From an uncultured Rivularia sp. (GTDB taxonomy: Bacteria; Cyanobacteriota; Cyanobacteriia; Cyanobacteriales; Nostocaceae), in assembly GCA_963665115.1 (NCBI GenBank), contig OY762007.1, positions 8,032,001-8,096,000 on the forward strand: a stretch of DNA of 64,000 nt. Direction: 5' to 3'. Below, one piece after another: positions 22,097 to 33,200 of this stretch. The notes below the pieces were generated by a model. That model searched no databases. It worked only from the letters and a program-made list of their open reading frames with translations, and was not told the origin of the DNA. Made by a program: the position numbers and the translations under genes. Position 1 is the first letter of the stretch. Every line of letters begins with the position of its first letter.

Positions 22097-23419
22097 GTGG
22101 CTTTTAAACTGGGAATCCTGGGATTAGGTACCGTCGGATGCGGTACGGTGCAGTTATTATCAGATAGTGATGGTCGCCATCCTTTATTAGAAGAGATTGA
22201 AATATATCGCGTGGGAGTGCGATCGCCTGATAAGCCACGTGGAGTAGAATTGCCCAAAGAAGTTATCACAACAGATTTAGAGGCAATTGTCACCGACCCA
22301 GAGATAGATATTGTTGTAGAAGTTATGGGTGGATTAGAGCCAGCCAGAGAGTTGATGCTCAAAGCCATTCGTAACGGTAAGCACGTAGTGACTGCGAATA
22401 AAGCCGCAATCTCTCGCTTCGGAGAAGAACTATATACAGCCGCCAATCAAGCGGGAGTGTATGTAATGGTTGAAGCATCCGTAGGTGGTGGAATTCCGGT
22501 AATTCAGCCGTTAAAACAATCTTTGAGCGTTAATCGGATTCAAGCCGTAACCGGGATTATTAACGGCACTACTAACTACATCTTGACCCGGATGCAGAAC
22601 GAAGGCAGTAGTTTCGATGATGTATTAGCCGATGCACAGCAATTAGGTTATGCAGAAGCAGACCCCACAGCCGATGTAGAAGGTTTAGATGCTGGTGATA
22701 AGATAGCGATTTTAGCATCTATAGCTTTTGATGGAGGCATTAATAGAGAAGATGTGTATTGCGAAGGAATTCGGCAGATTAGCAAAACCGATATTGAGTA
22801 CGCTCAAAAACTGGGATTTGTAATTAAGCTGTTGGCGATCGCCGAAAAAATTGATCGTTCCTCGCTTTCGGTGAGAGTTCATCCCACTTTAGTACCATCG
22901 TCACACCCTTTAGCAAGTGTCAACGGTGTAAATAACGCCATTTTTGTAGAAGGTGAACCCCTCGGACAGGTCATGTTTTTCGGTCCCGGCGCGGGTGCGG
23001 GTGCTACAGCTTCCGCCGTGTCATCAGATATTTTAAATCTTGTATCTCAACTTATAAGTTTACCTGAATCGAGCAAGCAGAATTCAAAATATAAAATTTC
23101 CAATTTAGACCCATTATTGGCCAGTTTTCATCAAGAAAATTGTCAATTAGCTCGCAGAGAAGAACTTGTCACAAGATTTTATGCGCGTTTCCTAACAAAA
23201 GATCAACCAGGAGTAATCGGGAAACTAGGTACTTGCTTCGGAAAATGTGGAGTCAGTTTAGAATCAGTCGTTCAAACAGGTTTTCAAGAAAAGCTAGCAG
23301 AAATAGTAGTTGTTACCCACGACGTTACCGAAGGCAGTTTCCACAAAGCCTTAGACGAAATTCGCAACTTAGAAGCGATTGATAGCATTCCTAGCTTATT
23401 GCGAGTACTTAAAGAGTAG
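22097..23419 (+). CDS. hom: Homoserine dehydrogenase with C-terminal ACT domain
   Basis: GLGTVG, VVTANK, EASVGGGIP, NGTTNYIL, GYAEADPTADVEG, GPGAG, DQPGVIG. Confidence 0.95.
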   Translation: MAFKLGILGLGTVGCGTVQLLSDSDGRHPLLEEIEIYRVGVRSPDKPRGVELPKEVITTDLEAIVTDPEIDIVVEVMGGLEPARELMLKAIRNGKHVVTANKAAISRFGEELYTAANQAGVYVMVEASVGGGIPVIQPLKQSLSVNRIQAVTGIINGTTNYILTRMQNEGSSFDDVLADAQQLGYAEADPTADVEGLDAGDKIAILASIAFDGGINREDVYCEGIRQISKTDIEYAQKLGFVIKLLAIAEKIDRSSLSVRVHPTLVPSSHPLASVNGVNNAIFVEGEPLGQVMFFGPGAGAGATASAVSSDILNLVSQLISLPESSKQNSKYKISNLDPLLASFHQENCQLARREELVTRFYARFLTKDQPGVIGKLGTCFGKCGVSLESVVQTGFQEKLAEIVVVTHDVTEGSFHKALDEIRNLEAIDSIPSLLRVLKE

Positions 23420-23541
23420 GGAGTTAGGAGTAGGGAGTAGGGAGTTAGGAGTAGGGAGTAGGGAGTAGGGAGTGGGGAAATAAAATTCTACCCCCTCTAC
23501 CCCCTCTACCCCCTCTTCCCCAATTCCCAATTCCCAATTCC
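23414..23541. repeat. STRR tracts (GGGAGTA/GGAGTTA, then CCCCTCTAC and CCCAATT)
   Basis: Tandem units starting at the hom stop codon. Confidence 0.85.
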
Positions 23542-23645
23542 AATGTCGAATTAACAATAAATCTTGAAAAAAGTACTGTAAGGGGATAGTCTATGGCTTA
23601 ATTCTGTTAGATGCTAATTCTAATACCAACAACATAATTATCACC

Positions 23646-24836
23646 ATGACTAACCAGCCACCTCCCAATCCCGGTTCGTCTTCAGACGATGATTTGGGCT
23701 TTGACGATTTTATAGGTGTACTAGTTGCTTTTTTAACTATCGGTACGGTTCTTTTTTGGTCGCTTTCTCGAAAGGAGACTAACTGGAATTTTGCGAACTT
23801 GTCGTCAATAGCTCCCGATGGAGAAAAGGTACCATTAAGATCCGATAAAGATAATAATTTGAACGATCTAACGGCTTTGTTGGTTCCTTCCTCAGAGCCT
23901 AATAACAATCTGAAATATCCTCAACCAGTTACTGAAGCTGAACCAAGACGAAGAAATCCAGTTTTATTCGAGAGCAGAACAGATAACGCGGTAATTCCGC
24001 CATTGCTGGTACCGCCTGTGAGAAATGTGCCACCAGATTATGACAAAGTAACTGGGGATAATTCTAATAATGCAGGGGTAATAGCTAATGATAAGCTTAA
24101 GCCCATCGAAACACCAGTAGTAGTTGATAAGCCTACTCCCACAGTTACACCAACTCCAACACAGGCTGCAACACCAACACAGACTCCTACACCAACACTT
24201 ACACCTACCCCAGAAAAACCACCGACTATTCCACCGCCGAAAGCTTTTGATGATGTAGATGCTAATTCTTGGGCAAAGCCTTTTATAGACACACTGTCAT
24301 CCCGGAATTTCATCACAGGGTATGAAAATAATACTTTTAGACCGGAAAATCCTGTAACCCGTGCCGAGTTTGCGGCGATAATTGACGAAGCATTTAAAAC
24401 TGACCTTACTAATAGCAATAGAACTTTTGCGGATGTACCTAATAATTTTTGGGCACAAAAGCAAATTAAAAATGCCGTTGATAAAAAATTCATGAAAGGC
24501 TATGACGCAAATACGTTTAAGCCAGACCAGAGGATTCCGCGAGTACAAGTTATAGCAGCCTTAGTTAGCGGACTTGATAAAACTTTAAGAACTCCTCCTG
24601 GTTCCCCAGATAAAGTTCTAAACATCTATAAAGATGCCGACCAAATTCCCGGATGGGCAAGAGAACAAGTTGCAATCGCTACGGTTAATGGTTTAATTGT
24701 GAATTATCCAGATCGTAATTTGTTCAAACCTAATGCTGAAGCTACACGTGAAGAGGTAACGGCAATGATTCACCAAGCTTTAGTAAAAATGGATAAAGTC
24801 GAACCGATCAAATCGCAGTATGTGATAAATCAGTAG
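23646..24836 (+). CDS. S-layer homology (SLH) domain protein with N-terminal TM and Pro/Thr linker
   Basis: TM IGVLVAFLTIGTVLFW, (PT)n linker, three SLH repeats (FRPENPVTRAEF, FKPDQRIPRVQ, FKPNAEATREE). Confidence 0.9.
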   Translation: MTNQPPPNPGSSSDDDLGFDDFIGVLVAFLTIGTVLFWSLSRKETNWNFANLSSIAPDGEKVPLRSDKDNNLNDLTALLVPSSEPNNNLKYPQPVTEAEPRRRNPVLFESRTDNAVIPPLLVPPVRNVPPDYDKVTGDNSNNAGVIANDKLKPIETPVVVDKPTPTVTPTPTQAATPTQTPTPTLTPTPEKPPTIPPPKAFDDVDANSWAKPFIDTLSSRNFITGYENNTFRPENPVTRAEFAAIIDEAFKTDLTNSNRTFADVPNNFWAQKQIKNAVDKKFMKGYDANTFKPDQRIPRVQVIAALVSGLDKTLRTPPGSPDKVLNIYKDADQIPGWAREQVAIATVNGLIVNYPDRNLFKPNAEATREEVTAMIHQALVKMDKVEPIKSQYVINQ

Positions 24837-25560
24837 TACTTAACCATATTAGTTATGAGGGGTATCCAGGAGTGCGAGCCGGAAAGCTTGCTGATTGTAA
24901 CGAGGGAGCGAGACGCTCCCACTACGAATGTTTTACCAGGCAAAATTAATGTGCCGTAGTAGTAGTAGTTGATTGCATAAATTCTGAGGGGTACGTTTTC
25001 GACCTAACGTCGGGAGACGTAGCACTGCTACGTCTCTACAACCCATTAAAACTAATGAAAAGGACTACTAGTGCCCAACCACGATAATTCTGCGGGGTTG
25101 CAGGAGTGCGAGCCGGAAAGCTCGCTGGTTGTCACGAGGGAGCGAGACGCTCCCACTACATTTTGATTACCCCGCAAGATTAATGTGGTGGAGTACTAGT
25201 AGTAGTCCATCTCATTAAATATGATGGGTTTTCTTACACATCCGCTCGGGGTTTGCAACCCCGAGCTAAAAGCGGAAGTCCTATAAATAGGACTAAAATA
25301 CAAACCATCAAAACTAATGAGAAGGATTAGTTGTACTTCACCACATTAATTTTGATGAGTAATACTCAGTTCTATTTATAGGAATGCCAGCTATAAGACA
25401 GGGACTTGCAGTCCCTAGCGGATTGAATGCACACCCCGCAAAACTAATGTGGTTGAATATTATGATTTCACTACATAAGTTTTGCTGAATAATAAAGGTT
25501 CGTAGTCGGCGCTTTAGCGCTCCTATTTATGACGGGCATTCCTTAGTGCGAACCCATTTT
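24834..25560. repeat. Tandem array of about 6 TIR-bounded cassettes carrying REP-like hairpins
   Basis: Units about 24834-24964, 24963-25070, 25069-25198, 25200-25330, 25330-25462, 25461-25560 (last degenerate); each starts TAGTA..CATTARTT(T/C)TG..GGGT-like and ends with its inverse. Confidence 0.75.
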
Positions 25561-25675
25561 TATCACTAACTAAGTAATTAAACAAAATGCAGACCGTCTG
25601 GTCTGCACAACAAATTTACGTACATGAAAATGCTCTGTATCGTATCAGCCGTATTAGATGGCTAATTACTTGCTT

Positions 25676-26116
25676 TTAAGCATCTTTGCCAACTACTTGT
25701 GTTTTAAGGGTTGTGATTTCACTAGTCAACTCATTACGAGTGGAGGCTTTGAGTAAGTAGCGGTAGATAAACCAGGCAGAATAGCCAATACCAATCAATT
25801 CAAAGGTTGGTGCTACTAAAGGAACATCGTTTAATGCATCCAAGATAGATAGTACTACTCTAACTGCTATTAAGGCACCTATACCTATACCAAGGTAGAT
25901 AAAAAGCTGCTTGTACTTATTGAAGAAAGTACCTGCGTAATCTGTGAAATTACTTAAGTAGCTTGAAAGTTGCTCTCCGTATTTCAGCCATTGCTCTTGA
26001 GATTGTGTGGAAGGCTGAATTTTGGTTATAGTTCCAGTAGGACTGTTCATTTCTGGCACTTTTGTTTCTGAGGTTTGAGTTTCCACGGTTTCAGGTTCCT
26101 GCATTGGGGCTTCCAT
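25676..26116 (-). CDS. CAAD-domain (CurT-like thylakoid curvature) protein
   Basis: LDALNDVPLVAPTFELIGIGYSAWFIYRYLL CAAD signature. Confidence 0.85.
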   Translation of the reverse strand: MEAPMQEPETVETQTSETKVPEMNSPTGTITKIQPSTQSQEQWLKYGEQLSSYLSNFTDYAGTFFNKYKQLFIYLGIGIGALIAVRVVLSILDALNDVPLVAPTFELIGIGYSAWFIYRYLLKASTRNELTSEITTLKTQVVGKDA

Positions 26117-26656
26117 AATGGTAGTACTTGTTTTAATTGTTCTGGAGACAGTTACAACTGTTATGTTGTTTGGGTAGGCATTACCGCTTTTTCAGGCAAA
26201 GCTAGTTTGTTGCTTTTCCCAATTGTCCTTTAACCGCGACTTCATCAAATGCTATATGTTGAAATTTTGAAGACACCGGTTATCAGTCAGAAGCGAGCAG
26301 AACATAATATTTCCAGAACCTTGGACTTCTTAGTTGAAGGAACTAGAATCCCAAAAACGGTAATTGTATCCTGCGCTTACAAGTTGCTAATAATAATAGC
26401 CATTTAAGTACGGATTGTGCAAAAATCTGTTAAGTTTTTAGTTTTTATATGAATTAAACGGGTAGCGATGCCTTTACCACAAGAAAATTTTTGATGATTT
26501 ACCTTTATTTTTTGGAACTTGAGGTGCTAAGAAACCTGGTTTGTTAAGAAAAACCGAGTTTTTTAATTGTCGCTCCGGGATTTAGGAGTACTTCGCGTTA
26601 CAATTACTGTCTAAAACAGGGGGAGAAGCTCGCGTCATCTCCTATCACATTTAATA

Positions 26657-26920
26657 ATGAGCAAAAAATCTTCACAAAAGCGATTATTAATTTGTACTTT
26701 TCTAGCGTTAGCATCAGGCTTTTTTGGCGGTTACATTGGCGGACAAATCAGTATGCAAGCCCACAGTCAAAACTGTCAGAATCAACGCTGGGACTTATTT
26801 AAAGCAGGTTGTAAAATTGCGATCGCGCCTGGTGCTATGTGGCAAGGTAGTACTACAGGTATTTGGACTGGAAGCGTGTTAGGAGCTTTTTTTGGAGGCT
26901 TAGTAACGCGGAAGGATTGA
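26657..26920 (+). CDS. Small glycine-zipper membrane protein
   Basis: GFFGGYIGG and GIWTGSVLGAFFGG helices, Cys pair. Confidence 0.7.
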   Translation: MSKKSSQKRLLICTFLALASGFFGGYIGGQISMQAHSQNCQNQRWDLFKAGCKIAIAPGAMWQGSTTGIWTGSVLGAFFGGLVTRKD

Positions 26921-27023
26921 ACAGTTAACAGTGAGCAGTTAACTGTTAGGAGGCGCGGAGTTATTAAGTTTGAATTTCCCTCCGTCTCCTCTTGTCCCCC
27001 CATCTCCCCATTCCCCCATCTCT

Positions 27024-27404
27024 TTAACCTAACCGATGAGGGGTTTGTAAGCTATTCCAGTTGTGCCAAGAATTGCTATTAGTATCAAAACATTGCCACG
27101 AACCGTTATTTGATTCTTGATAACAGAATAAGCTACGTTCGCTGGCGTAGAGGTCGTCGGTAAAATAGTATACGATGTCTCTAAAAGGATAGGTTTTGCG
27201 ACTTAAGCGTCTTGCTACAGCTTGGTTGGGACATTCGACAACAAACACTGGCTCGGAATCTATATATCCTAAAGAGAAGATACACATTCGTAAGATAGCT
27301 CGCAGCCAACTTTCGGAGTTTTCAAAACATTTATCAACAATTGTATTACTTAAAGCTCTTTCTAATTTACGGTTTTGTTTATCGGGAATACGATGCTCTG
27401 ACAT
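27024..27404 (-). CDS. Hypothetical protein
   Basis: 126-aa ATG ORF with protein-like composition (FVVECPNQAVARRL). Confidence 0.65.
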   Translation of the reverse strand: MSEHRIPDKQNRKLERALSNTIVDKCFENSESWLRAILRMCIFSLGYIDSEPVFVVECPNQAVARRLSRKTYPFRDIVYYFTDDLYASERSLFCYQESNNGSWQCFDTNSNSWHNWNSLQTPHRLG

Positions 27405-27573
27405 AGCTTCACCATACTGCTACAGCATTATTTCGAGATTAAACTATAAGCTTTATGAGTGACAAGCGCATACGCAAAATTACTGTTTCTAAATGTTCAA
27501 TTAGGGAATAGAGAATGGGGAACAGGGAGTAGGGAGTAGAAATATTAATTGATGATTGACACGCTCAGCTTGA

Positions 27574-27676
27574 TAAGCTGACGTGCAGCTAAATTGTATA
27601 AGGTAAAGAATTTGAACGATTGTAGTGCGGGCATCTTGCCCGCTTCTCATATACAAATTGAATACGCAACAGCTTA
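27574..27676. mobile_element. MITE-like TIR shell with REP hairpin
   Basis: taagctgacgtgcagctaaattgtat / atacaaattgaatacgcaacagctta enclosing gtagtgcgggcatcttgcccgc. Confidence 0.65.
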
Positions 27677-27751
27677 ACTGGTAACTGAGTAATTGATAAT
27701 TGATAACTGTTAACTGGTAAAATTCAATCACGTTAATAAAAATAATTTGCT

Positions 27752-28057
27752 ATGACTGCTGAAGCTAATCAAATGGATGCGTCAACTAAGGGTGCAGATG
27801 CTGTTGACGAAGCTATTGCCAAAGGTATTGATTTGGATGGTTCTACTATTGAACCCGAAAAGCTGGATTTATATAACAAAGTAATGGCTTTGGAGGGAAA
27901 TAGGCAGCGTAGTGGTGTAAAAAATACGATGAGATCCCGCATTGTTAGAATTGGGGCTAAACACCTAACCCAAAATGAACTCAATAAAATGCTCTCCGAA
28001 GCTGATTTTGTGCCTTTGAAGGAAAAGGAAATCGCTTTTTATTATGGTGGGAAGTAA
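27752..28057 (+). CDS. DUF4090 / Ssr1528-family protein
   Basis: GADAVDEAIAKGIDLDGS, LYNKVMALE, RQRSGV, MRSRIVRIGAKH, LKEKEIAFYY. Confidence 0.8.
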   Translation: MTAEANQMDASTKGADAVDEAIAKGIDLDGSTIEPEKLDLYNKVMALEGNRQRSGVKNTMRSRIVRIGAKHLTQNELNKMLSEADFVPLKEKEIAFYYGGK

Positions 28058-28283
28058 GATACAGTTCACATCTTGCACCAATCTTAGAGACTTGGTTTCT
28101 TTTAGAATTATTTAACGAGAGAATTAATAAACCCGGTTTTTCAAAAAAAACCGGGTTTTTAAACAATATAGGAAGTATTCAAAATATTTTCCTGGGGTTC
28201 CCTGTTGCCCATAAGTACTTAGACGTTCATTTATTGTACAAAATTAATAAAGGCATACCCACAGATCAAAAAAATCACTGTTT

Positions 28284-28315
28284 TTGCGTAAAAGTTGTTG
28301 GTAAGGGAAGATACC
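28284..28315 (+). promoter_or_regulatory. Putative ECF-like promoter TTGCGTAAAA-N16-GATACC upstream of sigma-like gene
   Basis: Same motif and spacing at 30198-30229, 63051-63082(-) and 63117-63148. Confidence 0.55.
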
Positions 28316-28337
28316 ACAATAGACTTTACCAAATTCA

Positions 28338-29018
28338 TTGATGAACAGTGATTCTCAGCAGATGGATAATGCTCTTAATCAACAATTAATTATGTTAATC
28401 GAGGAGATAAAGCAATATTCGGCTAATGATGATAGTGTAATTATCCGAGTTAAGCGACGGATAACTTTGAATAAGTTTGTCAACGCTATTTGCAATTCTG
28501 GACGATTAAGGAAGCAAACTAAATGGTTAGGATTGCCTAATTATGAAGATTACCATAATGAAGCGTTGCAGATAACTTTTATGGAAATATGCGACAAAAT
28601 TGAAGAATATAATCCACAATATCCTGTAATGGCTTGGGTAAATAAAATTTTTCAGTGGCGATTTATTGATGTTGTTAATAAAGAACGAAAAAAAGGACTT
28701 ACTAAGGTTCCTAAAGGAGAAAAAATAACTCCCGTTTTATCTTTGGATGATATTAATAGAAAGCTACCTACAATAGATGGGGTATCTCCAGAAGAACAGA
28801 TTAAAGAAATTGTTAATAAAGATCCGGAAAAGTATTTAATTAGCCAACAGTTGAGGGGTAATCCTCAAGCTAATTTAAAAGCAATTTTACTTTTTCTGTT
28901 AGAAGGCAAAAAATGGAAGGAAATTTCTCAAGAACTGGGTGTTCCTTTGACAACGGCTTCTAGTTTTTATCAACGTAGAATGCATAAAATAATCGACTAT
29001 CTAAAGAAGTATATATAG
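28338..29018 (+). CDS. Sigma-70/ECF-like factor associated with DUF1822
   Basis: Region-2-like EALQITFMEICDKIEEYNP..VMAWVN..FQWRF; region-4 HTH EGKKWKEISQELGVPLTTASSFYQR. Confidence 0.75.
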   Translation: MMNSDSQQMDNALNQQLIMLIEEIKQYSANDDSVIIRVKRRITLNKFVNAICNSGRLRKQTKWLGLPNYEDYHNEALQITFMEICDKIEEYNPQYPVMAWVNKIFQWRFIDVVNKERKKGLTKVPKGEKITPVLSLDDINRKLPTIDGVSPEEQIKEIVNKDPEKYLISQQLRGNPQANLKAILLFLLEGKKWKEISQELGVPLTTASSFYQRRMHKIIDYLKKYI

Positions 29019-29054
29019 AAGTAAATTCAGCCGCACCACCCAAATAATTGTATC

Positions 29055-29984
29055 ATGAATAGTACTACTCAAAAACTCAGCTTTACAGTGACCTTATCCT
29101 TTGAAGCTCACTCAATTGCTCAAGAATTAGTATCGAAAATATCGAATAAAGAAAAACGTCAGCAAATTTATTTAAATAGTTTAAGCGTTTATGCTGTAAA
29201 TAATTATTTGCAGTGTATGGAGTTTGAGACTGATTACTTAGAAGGTGACAGTCGAAATCTTTTAACTGTGCAGTTAATGAATGTTGCTGATTTAATTGTT
29301 AAAGGTATTGGTAAATTAGAATGTATTCCAGTTTTAACTGATACAGAAGTTGTAGAAATTCCGCCAGAAGTTTGGGAAGATAGAATTGGGTATGTTTTTG
29401 TAGAGTTAAATGATTCTCTTAAACAAGCAACAATTATAGGTTTTACCTCTGAAGCTAAAGCTCAAGTTGATTTAAATAAGTTAGAGTCTTTGGAAGATTT
29501 TCTAGGCTATTTAACTGAACTTGAAGTTGTTGAATCCAAACAAACAGAAAAAACATCTAATATTATTAATTTTAGAAATTGGTTAGATGGAATTGTTGAC
29601 GTTAATTGGCAAACAATTGATGAAATATTAAAGCCTCAACAGTTAGGGTTGGCTTTTAAAAATAAGATGAGCGTTATCAGAGGACAAAAAATTGATTTGG
29701 GAATGAATTTGAATAAAATTTCCGTCGCTCTGGTAATCAAAGTAATGTCGGAACATGAAACAGAAGAAATTGATATATTAACGCAAGTTTATCCAGTTGA
29801 AGAAGTCGCTTTACCGGAAGGAATTAAGTTAATTATCGGGGATGAAACCGGAGAAACATTAGAAGCTGTTTCTAGAGAAGATGATAATTGGATTCAATCG
29901 CACTTTACCGCTGAATCTGGGGAAAAATTTAATATTAGTGTTGTTTACGGTGATTCGGAGGTAAGGAAAGAATTTGAAGTTTGA
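29055..29984 (+). CDS. DUF1822 family protein
   Basis: QQIYLNSLSVYAVNNYLQCM, NVADL, GKLECIPV, IPPEVWEDRIGYVFV, C-terminal beta domain SREDDNWIQ. Confidence 0.85.
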   Translation: MNSTTQKLSFTVTLSFEAHSIAQELVSKISNKEKRQQIYLNSLSVYAVNNYLQCMEFETDYLEGDSRNLLTVQLMNVADLIVKGIGKLECIPVLTDTEVVEIPPEVWEDRIGYVFVELNDSLKQATIIGFTSEAKAQVDLNKLESLEDFLGYLTELEVVESKQTEKTSNIINFRNWLDGIVDVNWQTIDEILKPQQLGLAFKNKMSVIRGQKIDLGMNLNKISVALVIKVMSEHETEEIDILTQVYPVEEVALPEGIKLIIGDETGETLEAVSREDDNWIQSHFTAESGEKFNISVVYGDSEVRKEFEV

Positions 29985-30096
29985 TTTAAGTTTTGGATTT
30001 TGGATTTGGAAATATATTTTTAATACATCATTAATCTAAAATCCTTTTTTTTATATTATCTTTTTTACAATTTTTTGGCTTCATTTTGGTTAGTTT

Positions 30097-30149
30097 GTAG
30101 AGACACTTTAGCGGAGCGTGCCCGGAGGGCATAATATCGCGTCTCTACA
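30097..30149. repeat. GTAGAGAC...GTCTCTAC palindrome with a nested insert
   Basis: gtagagacacttt[agcggagcgtgcccggagggcata]atatcgcgtctctaca; uninterrupted relatives at 25014-25040 and 43531-43557. Confidence 0.65.
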
Positions 30150-30197
30150 TTTATGATTCATATCTGAATCGATCAAAATCATGTTTTTAGATAAATT

Positions 30198-30229
30198 TTG
30201 CGTAAAATATTGCCAAAACTACCGATAAC
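30198..30229 (+). promoter_or_regulatory. Putative ECF-like promoter TTGCGTAAAA-N16-GATAAC upstream of CHAT gene
   Basis: Identical 10-mer and spacing to the site upstream of the sigma gene; 34 nt before ATG 30264. Confidence 0.55.
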
Positions 30230-30263
30230 AGAATATAGCTTCTGGATAGTTGCGGTGACACAC

Positions 30264-33200
30264 ATGAAAAAATTAGTTGTACTCAAACTGGATGGTGATT
30301 TTAATCAAGGGTTTAAGGTTAGTTTAGAAATCGGCGAGGATGGTAAACGAGCGGATGTCGAGTTAAGCGACAACAAATTAAAATTACCTCCCATTCCTAA
30401 GCTACCCGATATTTATCAAGAGTGGTGCAGGAGCTATCGTAGTTTAGACGGATATCGAATTAAAGCAAAAAAAGGTCATATATCTAATATTAAAATTTCG
30501 TCTTTGAAAGAAGATTGTCAAACGAAAGCTGATGAGATTAAGCTGAATTTTACAAACTGGTTAAAAGCTGATTCGTTTCTCAGAATAAAGGAAGAATGTT
30601 TAATACATTTATCTCCTGCTGATGAAATTCGGTTTATTATTCGTGCTACTGAATTTCAGTTAAGAAAACTTCCCTGGCATTTATGGGATTTGTTTGATAG
30701 TTATCCCGATGCTGAGATTGGTTTGAGTTGTTTTTCTAGTCGTCGTTTATCTAAAAGTTATCGCAATAAAGTCAGAATTTTAATTGTTTTAGGAAACAGC
30801 GAAGGAATTAATGTTGCTGAAGATGAGCAGCTGATAAAAGATTTTTGTAAAGATGCGGAATTAGTTGTTTTAACGGAACCTTCGATATTAGAATTAAACG
30901 AACATATTTGGGATGAGAAAGGCTGGGATATTCTTTTCTTTTCCGGGCATAGTCGTACAGAATTACAGCAAGGAATAATTTATCTAAATAGCGTCGATGG
31001 TTTAAAAATCGAAGAATTGAAGGAAAGTTTAAAAAAGGCTGTTAGGGGTGGCTTACAGTTAGCTTTTTTCAATTCTTGCGATGGTTTAGGAATTGCGGCT
31101 GAGTTGGAAAATTTGCATATTCCGCAAGTAATTGTGATGCGGGAACCAGTTCCAGATAAGGTTGCTAACCAGTTTTCAAAGTACTTTTTTCAAGAGTTTA
31201 CTGAAGGAAAATCTTTTTATAAGTCGGTGAATGTTGCTCGAAGAAAGTTGCAGGGATTAGAGAAAAAATATCCCTGTGCGAGTTGGTTGCCAGTAATCGT
31301 GCAGAATTTATTGGAAATACCTCCGACATGGCAAAATTTGGGTGCTATTAATAAGTGTCCGTATTTGGGTTTGGCTGCTTTCAAGGAAGAAGATGCAGCT
31401 AACTTTTTTGGTAGAGAATTTGTAACGCGACAGTTGGTTTCAGTGGTTAATAAAAAGCCATTTGTTGCGGTTGTCGGTGCTTCGGGAAGTGGAAAGTCAA
31501 GTTTGATTTTTGCAGGTTTGATTCCGCAATTGAAGCAGGATAAAAAACGCGATTGGTTGATTGTTGATTTTCGTCCAGGTAATAATCCTTTTGAATCTCT
31601 GGCGATTGGTTTATTACAAGGATTACCGCATTTAAAACCTCTCCTTATTAAGGATAATGGACTGGAATTGGAACCTCACCCTAGCCCTCTCCTTGTTAAG
31701 GAGAGGGAATTGGATTCTAATCAAAACCGTTTTACAGAGTTGCAATTAGAAGTTGAATTAAGAAGTGGTAATAAAAGTTTAAAAAATATTATTGAACCCT
31801 TTATTATTGGTAATCAAAAATTACATTTAGCAATAATTGTAGACCAATTTGAAGAACTTTTTACTTTATGCTCCGATACAGATTCTCGCCATCTTTTTAT
31901 TGATAATTTACTCAATTTAACTAATATTCCTGGCTGTCGTGTAATTATTACTTTGCGTGCTGATTTTTACGCGGAAGCTTTATCATATCGTCCTTTAGCT
32001 GATGCTTTGCAGGATGCTCAGGTAAATTTGGTTGCGATGGATGAGGAGGAATTACGAGCGGCTATTGAAAAGCCAGCGGCTAATTATAATGTCAATTTGG
32101 AAGAAGGTTTAAGTCAACGCTTAATTGATAAAGTGTTGGAATCTCCGAATCATTTACCTTTGTTGGAATTTACTTTAACTCAGTTGTGGGAAAAGCAGCA
32201 GGATGGTTGGTTAACTCACCAAGCTTATGAAGAAATTGGTGGTGTGGAAACCGCTTTGGCTAATCATGCCGAAGCAATTTACAGTGAATTAATTCAAAGG
32301 GATAAAGAAAGAGTACAACAGATATTTATTCAATTGGTGCAGCCTTCGGAAAGAAGCGCAGATATTCGCCGTTTGGCTGTTAGAGAAGAAGTGGGAGATT
32401 GGGATTTAGTAAGTAAGCTGGCTGATGGGCGTTTGGTGGTAACAAATCGCAATCAAGTTACTGGAGTGGAAACCGTTGAAATTGTTCATGAAGCATTAAT
32501 TAAAAATTGGCGACGATTGCAAAAGTGGATGTGGGAAGATGGAGAATTTCGGTATTGGCAAGAGCAGTTAAGGGTTTTTATTAGACAGTGGGAAAATAGC
32601 AATAGAGATGATGGAGCTTTGTTGCGGGGAAAGCCGTTAATTGATGCTAAAGAATGGTTGTCACAACGTTTGAATCAAATTAGTTCGGTTGAGCAAGAAT
32701 TTATTAGTTTAAGTTTAGATTTACGTAGTCGAGAAAAAAGAGAAAAGAAGCAAGCGAGAAGACGAGTTATTGTTTGGTTAATTGGTGGTTTAATTGCTGC
32801 TTTAATATTAGCTGGGATTGCTGAATATCAATCGCATCAATCGGAATATCAACGTCAAAAGAGTGAAATAAATCAAATTAATTCCTTGAGTTTGACTGCA
32901 AAAACTTTGTTGAATTCTGGGAATCAAGTTGAAGCGCTCAGTTTCTACTTTGGAAGCGAATAATAAACTGATTGAATTGAGAGATAATTTGGATATAGCA
33001 ACTAAGACAAAGTTGTTTAGTTCTCTGTTAGAAAATGTTAGCTCGATTCGCGAATATAATATTTTATCCAGTCATGATGCTGCGGTTAATAGCGTTGCTT
33101 TTAGTAATGATGGAAGGCTTTTGGCTTCCGGGAGTCAGGATAATACGATTAAGATTTGGCGACGAGATGGAAAATTACTGCAAACGCTAACAGAGCGTAA

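Noticed and set aside
24834..25560. CRISPR array
   Set aside because: Units are bounded by degenerate inverted arms, interiors are repeated hairpins rather than unique spacers, and there are no cas genes
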